In this document: positions 12,787 to 25,362 of the stretch, in pieces
How positions within the stretch are numbered: the stretch's first letter is position 1
Layout of the letters: each line of letters opens with the position of its first letter
Source: Eledone cirrhosa
Taxonomy: Eukaryota
Length of the DNA stretch: 64,000 nucleotides
Direction of reading: 5' to 3'
Assembly (NCBI GenBank): GCA_964016885.1
Contig: OZ024742.1
Coordinates: 51,398,001-51,462,000 of the forward strand
Program-made: the position numbers and the translations under genes
The notes under the pieces: model-generated
What the model saw: only the letters and a program-made list of their open reading frames with translations
What the model was told of the DNA's origin: nothing
Databases searched by the model: none

Positions 12787-12970
12787 GGCGGTAGATTGGC
12801 AGTATCGGTAGAGAGTCGGACACCATTCTTTCCAGCATAGTTACGTCCCTTTACGGTCTGAGTTCAAATCCCGCCGAGGTTAACTTTGCCTTTCATCCTT
12901 ACGAGGTCGATAAAATAAAGTACCAGTAATGTACTGGGCAATTGCTGGCCTTGTGCCAAAAGTAGGAACA

Positions 12971-12975
<5 letters not shown>
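12787..12975 (+). mobile_element. tRNA-derived SINE with (ATT)n tail
   Basis: A-box-like TGGCAGTATCGG, B-box GAGTTCAAATCC, conserved core gcctttcatccttacg(a/g)ggtcgataaaataaagtaccag (Nin/Deu-like, tentative). Confidence 0.85.
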
Positions 12976-13024
<49 letters not shown>

Positions 13025-13815
13025 GGCGACCTACGTAGGAAATCGTATCATTGCGAGCTCCGCAAAGTTTGTTGTTTTCAGTTGTTGCAAATTGCCATTT
13101 ATGGAACATTTTTGTTATTATGTGTTTATAAGGTCACAAAATTTGCTTCCGGAAAGGGACACTCAAAAAGATTGGGGCCTTGAGCCCAAAATTTAAACTT
13201 TTATAATTATTAAAAAAAAATTTCTTCGAAAAATCATGGACGATTCACAGCTACACCAAGCAGCTGAGAGCCTTCCTCACAAACTAACACCACCATTGTA
13301 AATATTACAACGTTTGCCAACACTAAACATATAAAAAGTAGCAATAATTTAAATTTGTCTCATGCAGACATTCATTTCCTGCCACGTGTTGAAGCCCCTC
13401 CCCACACTCCACCACCACCACTACCACAGCGACAGCAGAAAAAAAATTATCCCGTGACATCGAAATGGATTCACCCAGAATGGACTCTTCCACACCGAAC
13501 ACCACTGACGCCACCACCACCACAACTGACACTAAAAATAACAATAATAAAAGTAACAATAACAACAACAGCAACAACAACAATGAGAATAACAACAAAC
13601 ACATCGACACCAGCGCAAATGTGTCGTTTGCCAAAGCAGCAAAAAAAGGGAAACAATCCAGGTAAGCCGGGAAGAATTAAATAAAGCCAAGTGAATGGTA
13701 AAATAACATGGGTACAGGGTCAGACAACCCCCACACACACACCTAATAAAATGGACCAACGGCGCCTATGCACCGTGTCATATCGGACGATTAACATAAA
13801 ATCGGGCCGAGTGGA

Positions 13816-14673
13816 ATGAGCATCCAAGTCCCAAATCCAAAAAGCTTTGGGACATGTGTGGGCAAAAAAACCTACATCAGACGTGGGCAGAAATATGGAA
13901 CAACACAGGAGGCTAGAGAACACTCCATGGCCCCATTAAGAAGTGACGACTTCACACTCGTCCCAAGCTATTGTGGCCAGAGACTCGTGAAGATCAGGGT
14001 GACCCACGTTCCACCGGCCATCGAAATTCTCTGGCTAATGGCTGCCGTCCTAGCCGGGATCGAGGCCAACACCACGATAATCGAAATAGCGAAAGTAAAG
14101 CAGGAGAACTGGTCCGGATCTGGGATGGAGCTCCTGATCAAAGCGGACCAAAAAAGCATTGAGGAGATCCCAGAGGTAATAGACCTCACTGACGGCAACC
14201 ACCTCACCGTAATCGTTGAGGGCAGAAGGCCTAGGTGTGTCATTTGCGGTGAAGGAACCCACCTAAGGGCTTTCTGCTCTCAGGCTAAAAGGTTGAAGCC
14301 ACCTCTGTTACCCACCCCAGTGACTCAACCATCAAAACTCAGAGCAGAAATGGCTGCAACAACTGTAGCAGCAACAACAGAGCCAACTGTTACAGTAACA
14401 ACCCCAGCAACAGTAGCAAAGCCAACACCACCACCACCCAACGCGCCAGAACTAGTACCATCGCCTACACCATCCACCACGCCACAACCAAAACCAACGC
14501 CTGCGGAGGATTTTCCACTCCCTAGCTTATCGCAACTGGAGACAGATTGTGACGAGGAGGAGTGGGAAACTGTATCAGGAAAAAAGAAAGAAAAGAAAAA
14601 GAACCCAAAAAAGAAACAAATTCTCTTCCTTCCCCCTCCAAAAACAAAATACAAGGGGAAACAAATAAGCTAA
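13816..14673 (+). CDS. LINE ORF1 (gag-like CCHC zinc knuckle, P/T-rich linker), probably incomplete
   Basis: CVICGEGTHLRAFC = C-x2-C-x4-H-x4-C; EEEWETVSGKKK motif typical of Tx1 ORF1. Confidence 0.75.
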   Translation: MSIQVPNPKSFGTCVGKKTYIRRGQKYGTTQEAREHSMAPLRSDDFTLVPSYCGQRLVKIRVTHVPPAIEILWLMAAVLAGIEANTTIIEIAKVKQENWSGSGMELLIKADQKSIEEIPEVIDLTDGNHLTVIVEGRRPRCVICGEGTHLRAFCSQAKRLKPPLLPTPVTQPSKLRAEMAATTVAATTEPTVTVTTPATVAKPTPPPPNAPELVPSPTPSTTPQPKPTPAEDFPLPSLSQLETDCDEEEWETVSGKKKEKKKNPKKKQILFLPPPKTKYKGKQIS

Positions 14674-15183
14674 CAAACAAAAAGGTTAGCTATGCACCAT
14701 CCCCACCAGCATCCCCAACACCATCACCACAAACACCAACACCATCACCATCATTAACCCCAACACCACCATCACCAACACCAGAAAAGTCACCAAAAAG
14801 CGTAACAGAAACAAACCCACAATAAACGCAAACAACCAAAACAACCAAAACGATACACACTACACAGCATTTAATTTGAACAACCAATTATTACACTACA
14901 TCCAACACAACACCAGCATCACAGAAAAAGACTACACAACAACCCAAAAATTCACACCACCTCCACACAGACAAATCACTCGCATCACACAGAAAACGTA
15001 CACGACACTAAAACAAATATTCCCCAAAGACATCGGAGACCTCCGACAAGCACTGTCCAGGAGGATTTATGTGGACATCCTTCCGGAGGAGGCCACAAGC
15101 AGTTAAAAGGATAGGAGAAACCATCCTTCCTCTACGAGAAGTAAGGTAAATGGTCTTTCCCATCTTTTCCACTCCATTTCAAC

Positions 15184-18100
15184 ATGACCTCACTCAGAAT
15201 AGGCAGCATAAATGCGCGTGGCTTGTGGTCGTCAACGAAGCACGGCCAGCTGCTCAACGATCTCAGGTCTCTAAACATTGATATAGTGGCCATCAGCGAG
15301 CCAGAATCTCCGAAGCACGGGCCTTCGCACCGATCTTCGACGGCTGCGATGCGTACGCATCTCCCAGTCGTCCTGGATCGGGGAGAAGAGTTGCTGTGCT
15401 TTTTCGGAGAGGTTTGGATCTCGCCACGGGCCATCTTCCTGGACCCAGAGGGTAAGTTGGTGGTGCTGGAAGTGACCAGCCGGGACGGGCAAGCTTTCAG
15501 GCTAGTGGCAGTCTATGCTCCAACGGGAGCAGGTCGACCTGATTTCTTCCGGCGTCTGGAGACCTTTCTTGGAACGACTCGCTCTTTAGTGTTAGTGGGC
15601 GACTGGAACGGGATCTTAGATGCACGCTGGGACGGTGTGGGATTAGCGGATAGGGGTGGAGGGTGCAAAAGACTCACCAATCTGCTCAGGCATTTTGAAC
15701 TGTCTGACAGGTACCGATTGGATTTCCCGAATGTGCCAATGTGGACTTGGACAAATCTCGTCGGGTCATCCAGATCATATCTAGATAGAATACTCTATCT
15801 AGATATGATCTGGAATGACACTATGCGGTTTGTAGGGAAATAGATAGGTCTAGCATAGGCTGTCCACATTTCAAGATAGTCAGCTACACGGACCACAAAC
15901 TCTTGATCTGTGTGCTTGAATTAGATAGGCTTCATAGACGAGGATCCGGCTACTGGAAGCTAAACGCGTCCTTACCAGCGCACAAGGCCTACAGAGACCG
16001 GATTAGCGAACTATTTAAGCGGGCGTTAACGGGGGCCATTGTCAACACAAATGGTGTTTTGCTATGAAAAGAGCGATTAGAATAGAGTCCATTAGGTTTA
16101 GTAAGGCTTTATCAATAGAGAAAAATAGAACAGAGGGAGAACTTGTTAGAAAATCAGAAGAGGCGCTTAGCGAAGGCATCGCGACCTTCGTACTTGCGTT
16201 GAAATTGGAATTTGACCAATTCTTCAATGCAAGTCACGAAGGCTGCGTTGTCAGAGCTAGGGTCCGTGCTCTCAGAGACGAGGTGACGAAAGCCGTTCAA
16301 TGGGCCCGAGTGGCGGAGGCGCGCCTTGGCAACAAAACCACGATCCGGTCTCAGGTGGACCACGACGCGCGCATGCTACTGGATCCTGGGCAAATGTGTG
16401 AAGCTTTTCAGCGACACTTCGCTCAGCTGTTCGGGGGCAGTGGCGGGCCGGATCGAGGGATGGACTTTAGTGTCTACCTCGACGGACTGCCGCGGCTCTC
16501 GACCACTGAGGCGGAGTGTTGCGAAAAGCCGATAACAGCCGCTGAAGTACGGGAGGCAATGACTGGCTCTACAAGGGTTAATCGCCTGGTTTGGATGATC
16601 TGCCTTATGAACTTTACGTACAGATGGCAGACTTGTTCGGAGGCCTCTTGGCGGACGTCTACTGCAACTGGCAACAGAACAGGAGAATTCCCAGCTCTGT
16701 GAGCCAAGGAGCGGTGGCGCTTCTGAGAAAGGATCCGAAACAAGGGGGATAACATAGATAATTTCAAGCCCATAACTCTGCTAAACGCAGACATGCGCCA
16801 TTCAAGACAGATCCACCCAAGACAACCTCCACCCCATGCGATACATCCTGGAGAGGGTAGCTAGGGAACCTAGCACGGGTGAGTGCTTGATCAATTTAGA
16901 TCAGTCGAAAGCTTTCGATAGGTTCGACCATCGTTACCTAGCGGCAGTCCTGAGGGCGGCTGGCTTTGGGCCCGTCTTCAGAGGCTAGATCGCTGCCATG
17001 CACAGCGACATCTGTTCTGTGGTGAGAGTGAACGGTCACCATTCGGAACCGTTCACCATCAAGCGCTCGGTCCGCCAAGTATATCCCCTCTCGTCCTTCT
17101 TGTACGTATTGACTCTAGAGCCATTACTGCACAAACTGGAGACGCAGGCACCCCAAGAGGCAGGTCCATGCCGTCCAACAGCGTCGTCGGGCACTGGATG
17201 GACGGACCGGTTAACTTGCTAGGGGTCTGTTTCCCCAGACCTCCAGACGGACAAAAACTGGGACGAGGTAACGAGCAAGGTGACTTCTCTCACCCAGAAA
17301 TTGGCGGAGAGGAAACTGTCCCTGAAAGGTTGAGCGGAGGTGGCTAAGGCGTACATCGCGTCCGGCATCTACTACCGCCTGACCGTCGTACCTTGTCCTA
17401 AGCCCCCCCCCCCCCTGACTGCGCTGGAGTGTTTGCTCTTTCGCGTTTTGTGGAAGGGACGCGCTCCAATGGTCAGGCGGTCCATCTGCTGTCAACACCC
17501 GCTAGGTGGAGGGCTGGGCATGCCGTGGCTGATGATGCGCAGACACGCGCTCAGGCTACGACATCTCCACCTCTTCCTCGACGGTGATCAGGTGTGGTCG
17601 CCGTTTGCTAGACACGTCTTTCCCCAGCTCGTCTCCTTGACGGAGCTGCAGTCCTGGGTCAACGAAGACCGAGAGGGAGCGCTTGGAGACTGGAATGTCT
17701 TCAGGCGCTCACAGCCCTCGACCAATCGGGCAATGTGATCGGTGGAAACTCCACCTTGGCGTTCTATAGAGGATTAGTGGAGGGGAAGAGCGACGACGTA
17801 CTGGGAGAAACTCGAGGCGTCGACCAAAATCTACTAGCCAATCTCTTCGGAAGAACTTTCGGGCCGCGGCCTATGGACAACTTCCAGAAATCCCTGGCCT
17901 GGCAGTGCTACCAAGGAGCTTTGGCGGTTCGGGATAAACTCTACAGGCATGGAGGTGCCGTCAGCCGGGCATGTCCGAGATGCGCGCAGGGCGACGAAAC
18001 CGTCCTGCACGCACTCGTCCAGTGTCCGAGCATTGCTGAGTTGTGGGTTTATGTCGAACACGTGCTGTCGCGTGTAGGACAGATCCAGCTAACAGCTGAG

Positions 18101-18300
18101 TCCATCGTGAGGATTGCCCCGCCCTCTTCTTTAGCGGGGAGCGTAGGCAGTTTTTATGTGTCTCGTGGCCATGGCGAAAGAGATAGTACGGTGGAGACGT
18201 TTGAAAGGACTGAAGAGGAGCATTTACCTTTTCGGTGATGCCCTGATTAACTCCCAGCATTTTGTTGAAAGATTCGTGAGAGAAGCAAGAATGGCCCGAG
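15184..18300 (+). pseudogene. LINE ORF2 (APE endonuclease, RT, CCHC), disrupted
   Basis: SINARGL, VAISE, VYAP, GDWN, LDRI, TDHK; RT DQSKAFDR and SVRQVYPLS; CPRCAQGDETVLHALVQC; many stops and frameshifts; YADD region appears deleted. Confidence 0.85.
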
Positions 18301-18580
18301 TGAATGAGCCTACTCTGAGTACGTGTCTGTAAATTAAAGGTGGAAAACTGGGACAGGGCACTTGCACTGGTGGTCAGGGTCACTGTGGCCTTTTAATGGT
18401 CTTTTTACACAAATGTCCCTCGGAAGTCTCCTTCCTATTGGGAAATTTTTCATTGTTAATATTTCGTTACATCCTGTTTTTGTTTTTTACACGCAGCTAT
18501 GCCCATTTATACCGTCCTGTATTTTCTCGTACTGTCCTTTATGTCTACTTTATGTAAACACTTGTTGTTAATAAAGAAAG

Positions 18581-18616
<36 letters not shown>

Positions 18617-20372
18617 AGTTGCATTTATCTTGCTTTATGTTCATACGAGTTATCACCAAGTCACAACCAGTGACCTCAAGAGACAACAAGGTCCGCTATG
18701 TTCAAGAAAGAACATACATACTCACACATGCATCTTTAGTGTTTAGACTTGTGATGTACTTATATTGACAGAATCTTCATTAGTATATGGGCAGTTCCCA
18801 TTAGTATTATCTTTTGTATTTCTCCTATACGCGGATTTCCTGGGATTTGCGATAAGTAATCATTAGACCCCTTAGGTATCATTCCTAGAGTGCCTACAAC
18901 CACTGGTATTGTTTTAGTTCTCAATTTCCACATTTTTCCAATTTCTATTTCCAGGTCCTTATACTTGCTCAATTTTTCAAATGTTTTTATAGATACATTC
19001 TTGTCTATTGGAACGGACATATCAATTAGCAGGCATACCCTCTTTTTAAAGTCCTTCAATATTATATCAGGTCTATTTGCATCTATTTTTCGGTCTGTTT
19101 GGATGCTAAAGTTCCACAAGATTGAGATGTGGTCTTTTTCAAGTATGGGAGGTAGTTGATGCTCCCACCAATTCTTTTGATGGGGCAGGTCAAAATGCTT
19201 ACACATTATCCAATGTATGTATTGTGCAGCTCTGTCATGCCTGTTTAGGTATTCGGTTGGAGCTATAGGACTGCACATTGAAATTATATGGTCAATGGTC
19301 TCTGGTTGTTTTTTGCATACACGGCATAATGGGCTGCATCCATTTTTTATTATGTTGGCTTGGTAATTTATTGTTGGCAGACACTGATCTTGTGCTGATA
19401 TAATCAGTCCTTCAGTCTCCGATTTCAGTCCAAAGGATGCCAAACTGATGGGTTAAAGTTTTGTCAACATCAGGATTGTTAGCTCGCTCTGGGTATTTTC
19501 CATACAGAGGCTTTTCTTGCCATTTCTTAGCCAGTTTCTGTAGCAGTTCTTTCTTTGCAGTTACTTTACCTGCTTTGCTTTTTCTGTGTTTTCCATTTCA
19601 GCAGTAAATGAGACTTCTGAAATTTGTAGTCCATTACTGTATCTTTGTGCATTTTTGTAATGGAATATGATCTTTTGATGTTTTCGTGTTTCAAAACGAG
19701 TTTGATCATCCAATCATGTGTAGATAATCCAATTGTTGCAGTTTTCAACGCAATTTCTAACTGGATTAACCCACGTCCTCCTTCTTTCCTAGGGAGATAT
19801 ATTCTATCTATATCTGCCTTAGGGTGATGCATTCTGTGCATGGTTAAGAATTTTCGAATTTTTGTATCGAGCCTACGGACCTCTGTGCTTGACCAGTTGA
19901 TGACATTGTAACTATAGGTTACTACTGGTATGGCAAGCGTGTTTATGGCATCGATCCTATTCCTTGCATTCAATTCCGTTCTTAAGATTGCTCTTACTCT
20001 GCGGTAACATTCCTTCCTTATCCTTTCCCTCATTGTCGAGTGTTTGATTCCGTCTCCTTCACAAACACCTAGATATTTGTAAGTTTCCTCTTGATCAAGT
20101 TCTCTTATCACATTCCGTCGATCAAGATTAATGTGTGAACTCTTCAGGAGCTTTCCTCTGGTGAACGTTGCTTTGGCGCATTTATCTAGTCCAAACTCCA
20201 TTTTAATGTTATCACTGAACTGCTCCACAGTGGATAATAGCCCTTGAAATTGTTCATCATTTTTTGCAAATAGTTTCAGGTCATCCATGTAGAACAAGTG
20301 ATTAATGGTTTTGTCATAGACTTTATATCCATGTTTTGTTTCATTGAGCATTTTACTTAATGGTATAAGTGC
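18617..20372 (-). mobile_element. 5'-truncated Dong/R4-like copy flanked by (ATT)n on both sides
   Basis: Highly similar to 7791-9565; ORFs 19566-20351 (YMDD) and 18760-19443 (CCHC plus RLE). Confidence 0.9.
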
Positions 20373-20373
20373 A

Positions 20374-20454
<81 letters not shown>

Positions 20455-20479
20455 GCTGTTGCTATTATTATTATTATTC

Positions 20480-20706
20480 TGGCAGTGGAGTGGCAGTATC
20501 GGTTAACAGTCGGACACCATGCTGTGCAGCATAGAGTTATGGTTCTTTGCGTTCAGAGTTCAAATCCCACCGATGTTAGCTTTGGCATTTATCCTTACGA
20601 GGTCGATAAAATAAAGTTCCAGTAATGCACAGGGGTCCATTTATTCGACTTTTCCATCCCCCTTCAAATTTCTGGGTGTGTGCCAAAAGTAGAGACAATT
20701 ATTATT
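20480..20706 (+). mobile_element. tRNA-derived SINE copy
   Basis: Same head, core and tail as 12787. Confidence 0.8.
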
Positions 20707-22041
20707 TTAAACAAAAATTGTAGTAGCATTTCACCAAATATTGAGTACTCTGTTGAATATTGGTCTAACAAGTATTAAATTGAATACATGCTGATATATA
20801 TATATATATATTAGTAAGTGAGTTTTTTTTACAACACGAAAAATAACCAAGTTGTCCTACTCGAGTGAAATCATGAGGAAAAAAATGAAATCGAAAATGC
20901 AACTGGAGTCTTTGAATGTTACGTCTGATTTATATGGAAAAAAGTGGCCCGAAATGCCAGGTTTTTAGAGAAGTAATTTGGTTGGTTGGTGAATAAGTAT
21001 AGTAAATTCCGCGCCTGCTCGCGTTACAAAGTTCTTCAAACAAGTGGGGGGGGGGGGACTCAGGTAGGTTTGTTTTCATTTATTAGTGAAGTTTGGTTTG
21101 TTGATGCACTCACGTGAATAAGCACATCAGCTTTCGCGCCAGTTTGTGTTTGAATTTCTTTTTACTTAAAAAAGGGGCCCACGAAGGCTTTTTTCTAGTA
21201 TTATATATATATATATATATATGTATATCGAACACACAAATCTGCTACATATCTCTTCAGAATAATCTTTAATATCTTCATTGTTTTATGTTGTTAGTCG
21301 TCATTAATATGTTTTCATTCCTCAGTAGTTTCTATTTTAATTTGCTATGCTCAAATCCAGTGAACATAAAACTATCGCTTTTATATTTTTAGCATTTTCA
21401 ATTGAATTGTAGTGATCTGTATTGGTGTTAATTTTATATGCGATACCGCATACATATATTTTATCCTGAAGTATATCAGAATTAAGCTTATCTTAGAATT
21501 TCATTCGGTGGAAATTTAACACTTACGCCGTGGTTCGCCACACTGCATGTATGGAATTGCATCAACTGCACATAGATGGAATTGCATCAACTATGACTAC
21601 AAATTGTCTTTATTTTTGTCTAACACTTTATATATCACAAAAACAATTAGATTTACATTATTGATAATGTGGTAAATTTGCTTATTTTGGGCTCCAGTTT
21701 AAATTATTTTATTTCACGTAAATTAGTTTTTTTTGTTTTTTTCCTGCTTTTAAAATATATCAATTCGGGCAGGGAACAGTTTCTCACACTGCATATCCTA
21801 CTAACTATTCTCCTCACATAATCCTACAATTTGCGACTTATCTAAACAGAGTCATTTTTTTATAAACCCGTGAACCCTTTCACACAAGACTATTAATTCA
21901 TTTGCACATCTACTTCATTTCCGTTTTTTCAAAACACAGACCTCTATTTAATTGATTGCAGATAACTTCAGGAAATTTGTTTTGCATATTGTCTAAGTTA
22001 TGTACCAAAATAAAACATTTCTATTATTTTAGTGCATTCAA

Positions 22042-22235
22042 CGGTGGTGGATTGGCAGTATCGGTAGAGAGTTGGACACCATGCTTTGCAGCAAAGAGTT
22101 ACGGTCCTTTACGATCTGAGTTAAAATCCTGCCGAGGTTAACTTTGCCTTTCATCCTTACGGGGTCGATAAAATAAAGTACCAGTAATGCACCGGGATGA
22201 TTGCTGGCCTTGTACCAAAAGTAGAAACAATTATT
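22042..22235 (+). mobile_element. tRNA-derived SINE copy
   Basis: Same family as 12787. Confidence 0.8.
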
Positions 22236-22319
22236 CCTCACTACATAATTATTTGAACTTATATTTCCTCCCTGATAATTTGAGACATCTATCTCGTATT
22301 TAAAGAGCTTCATTTGTTG

Positions 22320-22495
22320 TATCGGTAGAGAGTTGGGTGCCATGCTTTCTAGCATAGTTACGCCCCTTTACGGTCTGAGTTCAAATCCCGTCGAGGTTAA
22401 CTTTACCTTTCATCCTTACGGGGTCGATAAAATAAAGTACCAGTAATGCACTGGCTAATTGCTGGCCTTGTGCCAAAAGTAGAACCAATTATTTA
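22320..22495 (+). mobile_element. tRNA-derived SINE copy, slightly 5'-truncated
   Basis: Same family as 12787. Confidence 0.8.
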
Positions 22496-22833
22496 TTAAA
22501 TTGTCAACTACTGGAATTCTCAATAGAGTAAATGCAACATATTTCCGAAACGTTCCTAGCATGGACTGCCTTATGTGGCTTCATTTGAAAAGTTAATTCC
22601 AGTTGTACAGTCGAAAATCTAATGAAGATGTGCCATTGGAAGCAAAGCGTGAGGCGGTGGTTTAAAACAATGATATATAAAAGTTGAGATTCCTATAAAA
22701 GAACAAATTACAACGTAGTACTTGCTTTTGAATATAGTATATAGTATCTCGTTTGTAAATAAATAGATATAAAAGAGACAACAATCAGTCTTGAAAGAAT
22801 GATCCAATTTGGCCATATATATATATATATATT

Positions 22834-22974
22834 TAATTAGAAATTGAACAACACAATATATAACTACTCCATTACCAAAGGTTTCAGGACCTTAGACGTA
22901 TGTTAATATTGTGTAGGGCCCGGAAATCTTTGGTAATGGAGTAGTTATATATTGCGTTGTTCACTTTCTAATTA
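22834..22974. repeat. Imperfect palindrome made of two HHR 3' halves plus pLTR tail
   Basis: Each arm reads GAAA-(C/T)C TTT GG-TA-atggagt outward; the tail at 22990-23012 (acatagagcactcttttttcct) matches the reverse complement of ~58393-58414. Confidence 0.7.
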
Positions 22975-23036
22975 TATAGCTCAGTTTTATACATAGAGCA
23001 CTCTTTTTTCCTTTGCTTTGTCTTCGGAAATACTTA

Positions 23037-23068
<32 letters not shown>

Positions 23069-23071
23069 GTA

Positions 23072-23552
23072 TCCGTATTTTGACTAAAGAAATTATTTAG
23101 CCCGATAGTGGGGTTAAAAACCCTCGGAGAAATGGAAAAAGATGAATATTGACGTACATGGGAGTCGACTCCCATGTACGTCAATATTCATCTTTTATCA
23201 GGCTAAATAATTTATTTCGTCAAAATACGGCGATAGCTTACATTTCTAATAATTTCAAACCCACTCGCTGTTCCGAAAATATTCTTACTTTACATTTCAG
23301 TCGCTAAGTTTATAGCTTCTAATTTGAATGGAAAAAGACGGGTGATGTGTTGGTGTAAATGGTAGCACAGTGGTCCGGATAACCAAAACTGTGGGTTTTA
23401 CTCCAATGTACGTCAATATTCATCTTCCTCCATTTCTCCGAGAGTTCTTAACCCCACTATCAGGCTAAATAATTTCTTTAGTCAAAATACGGCGATAGCT
23501 TATATTTCTAATAATTTCAAACCCACCCGCTGTTTCGAAAATATTCTTACTT
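23072..23552. repeat. Inverted plus tandem repeat containing a tRNA-like module (~23345-23416)
   Basis: Palindrome centred on gggagtcgactccc (~23167); A-box TGGTGTAAATGG, degenerate B-box, acceptor-like gatgtg/tacgtc; 23197-23290 repeated at 23458-23551. Confidence 0.6.
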
Positions 23553-23960
23553 GATATATATATATATATTTACGAAGAAATTGATGAAAGAGAAGCAAGC
23601 AGTTAAAATATATTTATAAGAAACTTTTACACATGTTACGCCAAAGTTAGATTCCTCAGAGGTATACAGGAAATAAAGGATTTAATAAACAACACTGAAT
23701 GGGTATGAGTACGGTTTTAACATCGAAATTCATATCTCAGTGTTACAAAGTTCAATGATTATGTTTGTGAACAAAGGGAAGTAATTCCGGTGTTGGATTT
23801 ATCTTCTATTATTGCAAAATATGTATGTATTCCCCTACTTCTAGTTACTACGTGCTAATTTAATTATGCTTTGTCAATCCAATTTAATGAGGCACAGTTA
23901 ATGTATGGTTGTGAGTGTTCAATATGATTATGATCAATGAAGATTATATATATATTTATA

Positions 23961-24011
<51 letters not shown>

Positions 24012-24113
24012 AAGTTTCATTCTCTGATGAACGAATGCGGACGTTTCTTGTATTCGTCTTATTCGGGAAACCTCTGGTAATGAGGTAATTATACTGTATT
24101 GTTTATTATACAT

Positions 24114-24177
<64 letters not shown>

Positions 24178-24289
24178 ATAACAAGATATTGTTTAAGGTA
24201 ATCCAGCTAGAGGTTATAAGTACTCTGTATATAGGATAGTTTTAACGTTCGGTGTCGTTTAACTCAACAACAAGTTTCCTTAGCGAACT

Positions 24290-24398
24290 GTATTCTGACG
24301 ATCAGGTCAGGTGTCGACTGTAATTAAAGTCTAGTGACGTGACTTCTAACGATTATCGACTTTTAGAAACACCTGACTAATGAAACAATTGTTAAAAC
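24290..24398 (+). ncRNA. Type I HHR with long helix II (80 nt) and palindromic helix III
   Basis: GUAUU-CUGACGA-ucag GUCAGGUGU...ACACCUGAC uaau-GAAA-CAAUUG-UU-AAAAC; same family as 38705-38823. Confidence 0.7.
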
Positions 24399-24466
24399 TT
24401 TAAATAAAACCTATTGTAAATCCGACCATGTTATTCCTCACTTTTTTACTATTTATATATATGTGA

Positions 24467-24517
<51 letters not shown>

Positions 24518-24551
24518 TATCTGTTAGTCTGAATAGAGGTAGGCGCAAACG

Positions 24552-24655
<104 letters not shown>

Positions 24656-25160
24656 AGAGTGTATGTGTGTGCATCTCAGGATCTTTTCTTTAGTGTTTCC
24701 ATAGTTCTCCTTGTCATTTAAAGATGCTTATATTTATGAGAATAGAAAGCTAACAAATTCATGAAATTTAAGTTTTTCACTTAAACTCTGCCTTTTGTTA
24801 CCAGACGGCCCTTTATAATAGTTATTATTGAAATACTTTTTGTTGCCTTCTAAATAATTTTATTCTAAATATGAAATATATTTGTTCCAAAAAATCATCT
24901 TGAAATATATATTACGTTTTTCGTGATAGCAAAATATTATAAGATATGAATATGATTCTAAAAATGAGATACAATATATATTTTTATGTAAGATTTAATT
25001 GCATTTTCACCACCTAAAAACAATTTATAAAATATATCACAATAATATATGATTCAGAGAGAAAAATATGTTTTCTCTAAATAATCGTAAACAAATCGCA
25101 TAAAACATATTTCATTCATTTCCATTCCAACAAAAATAACTAAGTTCAAAGCTTGTATAT

Positions 25161-25250
<90 letters not shown>

Positions 25251-25253
25251 ATA

Positions 25254-25297
<44 letters not shown>

Positions 25298-25362
25298 ATA
25301 TATATATTATATATATATATATTATATATATATATATATTATATATATATATATTATATATA

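Larger units (their letters stand above)
13025..18581 (+). mobile_element. Near full-length, degenerate Tx1/L1-like LINE
   Basis: ORF1 zinc knuckle, then APE endonuclease, RT and C-terminal CCHC; AATAAA at ~18570; (ATT)n on both flanks. Confidence 0.85.

Noticed and set aside
23625-23665. Minus-strand CTGAGGA...GTAACATGTG HHR-like motif
   Set aside because: GAAA is mutated and helices I and II pair poorly; at most a relic
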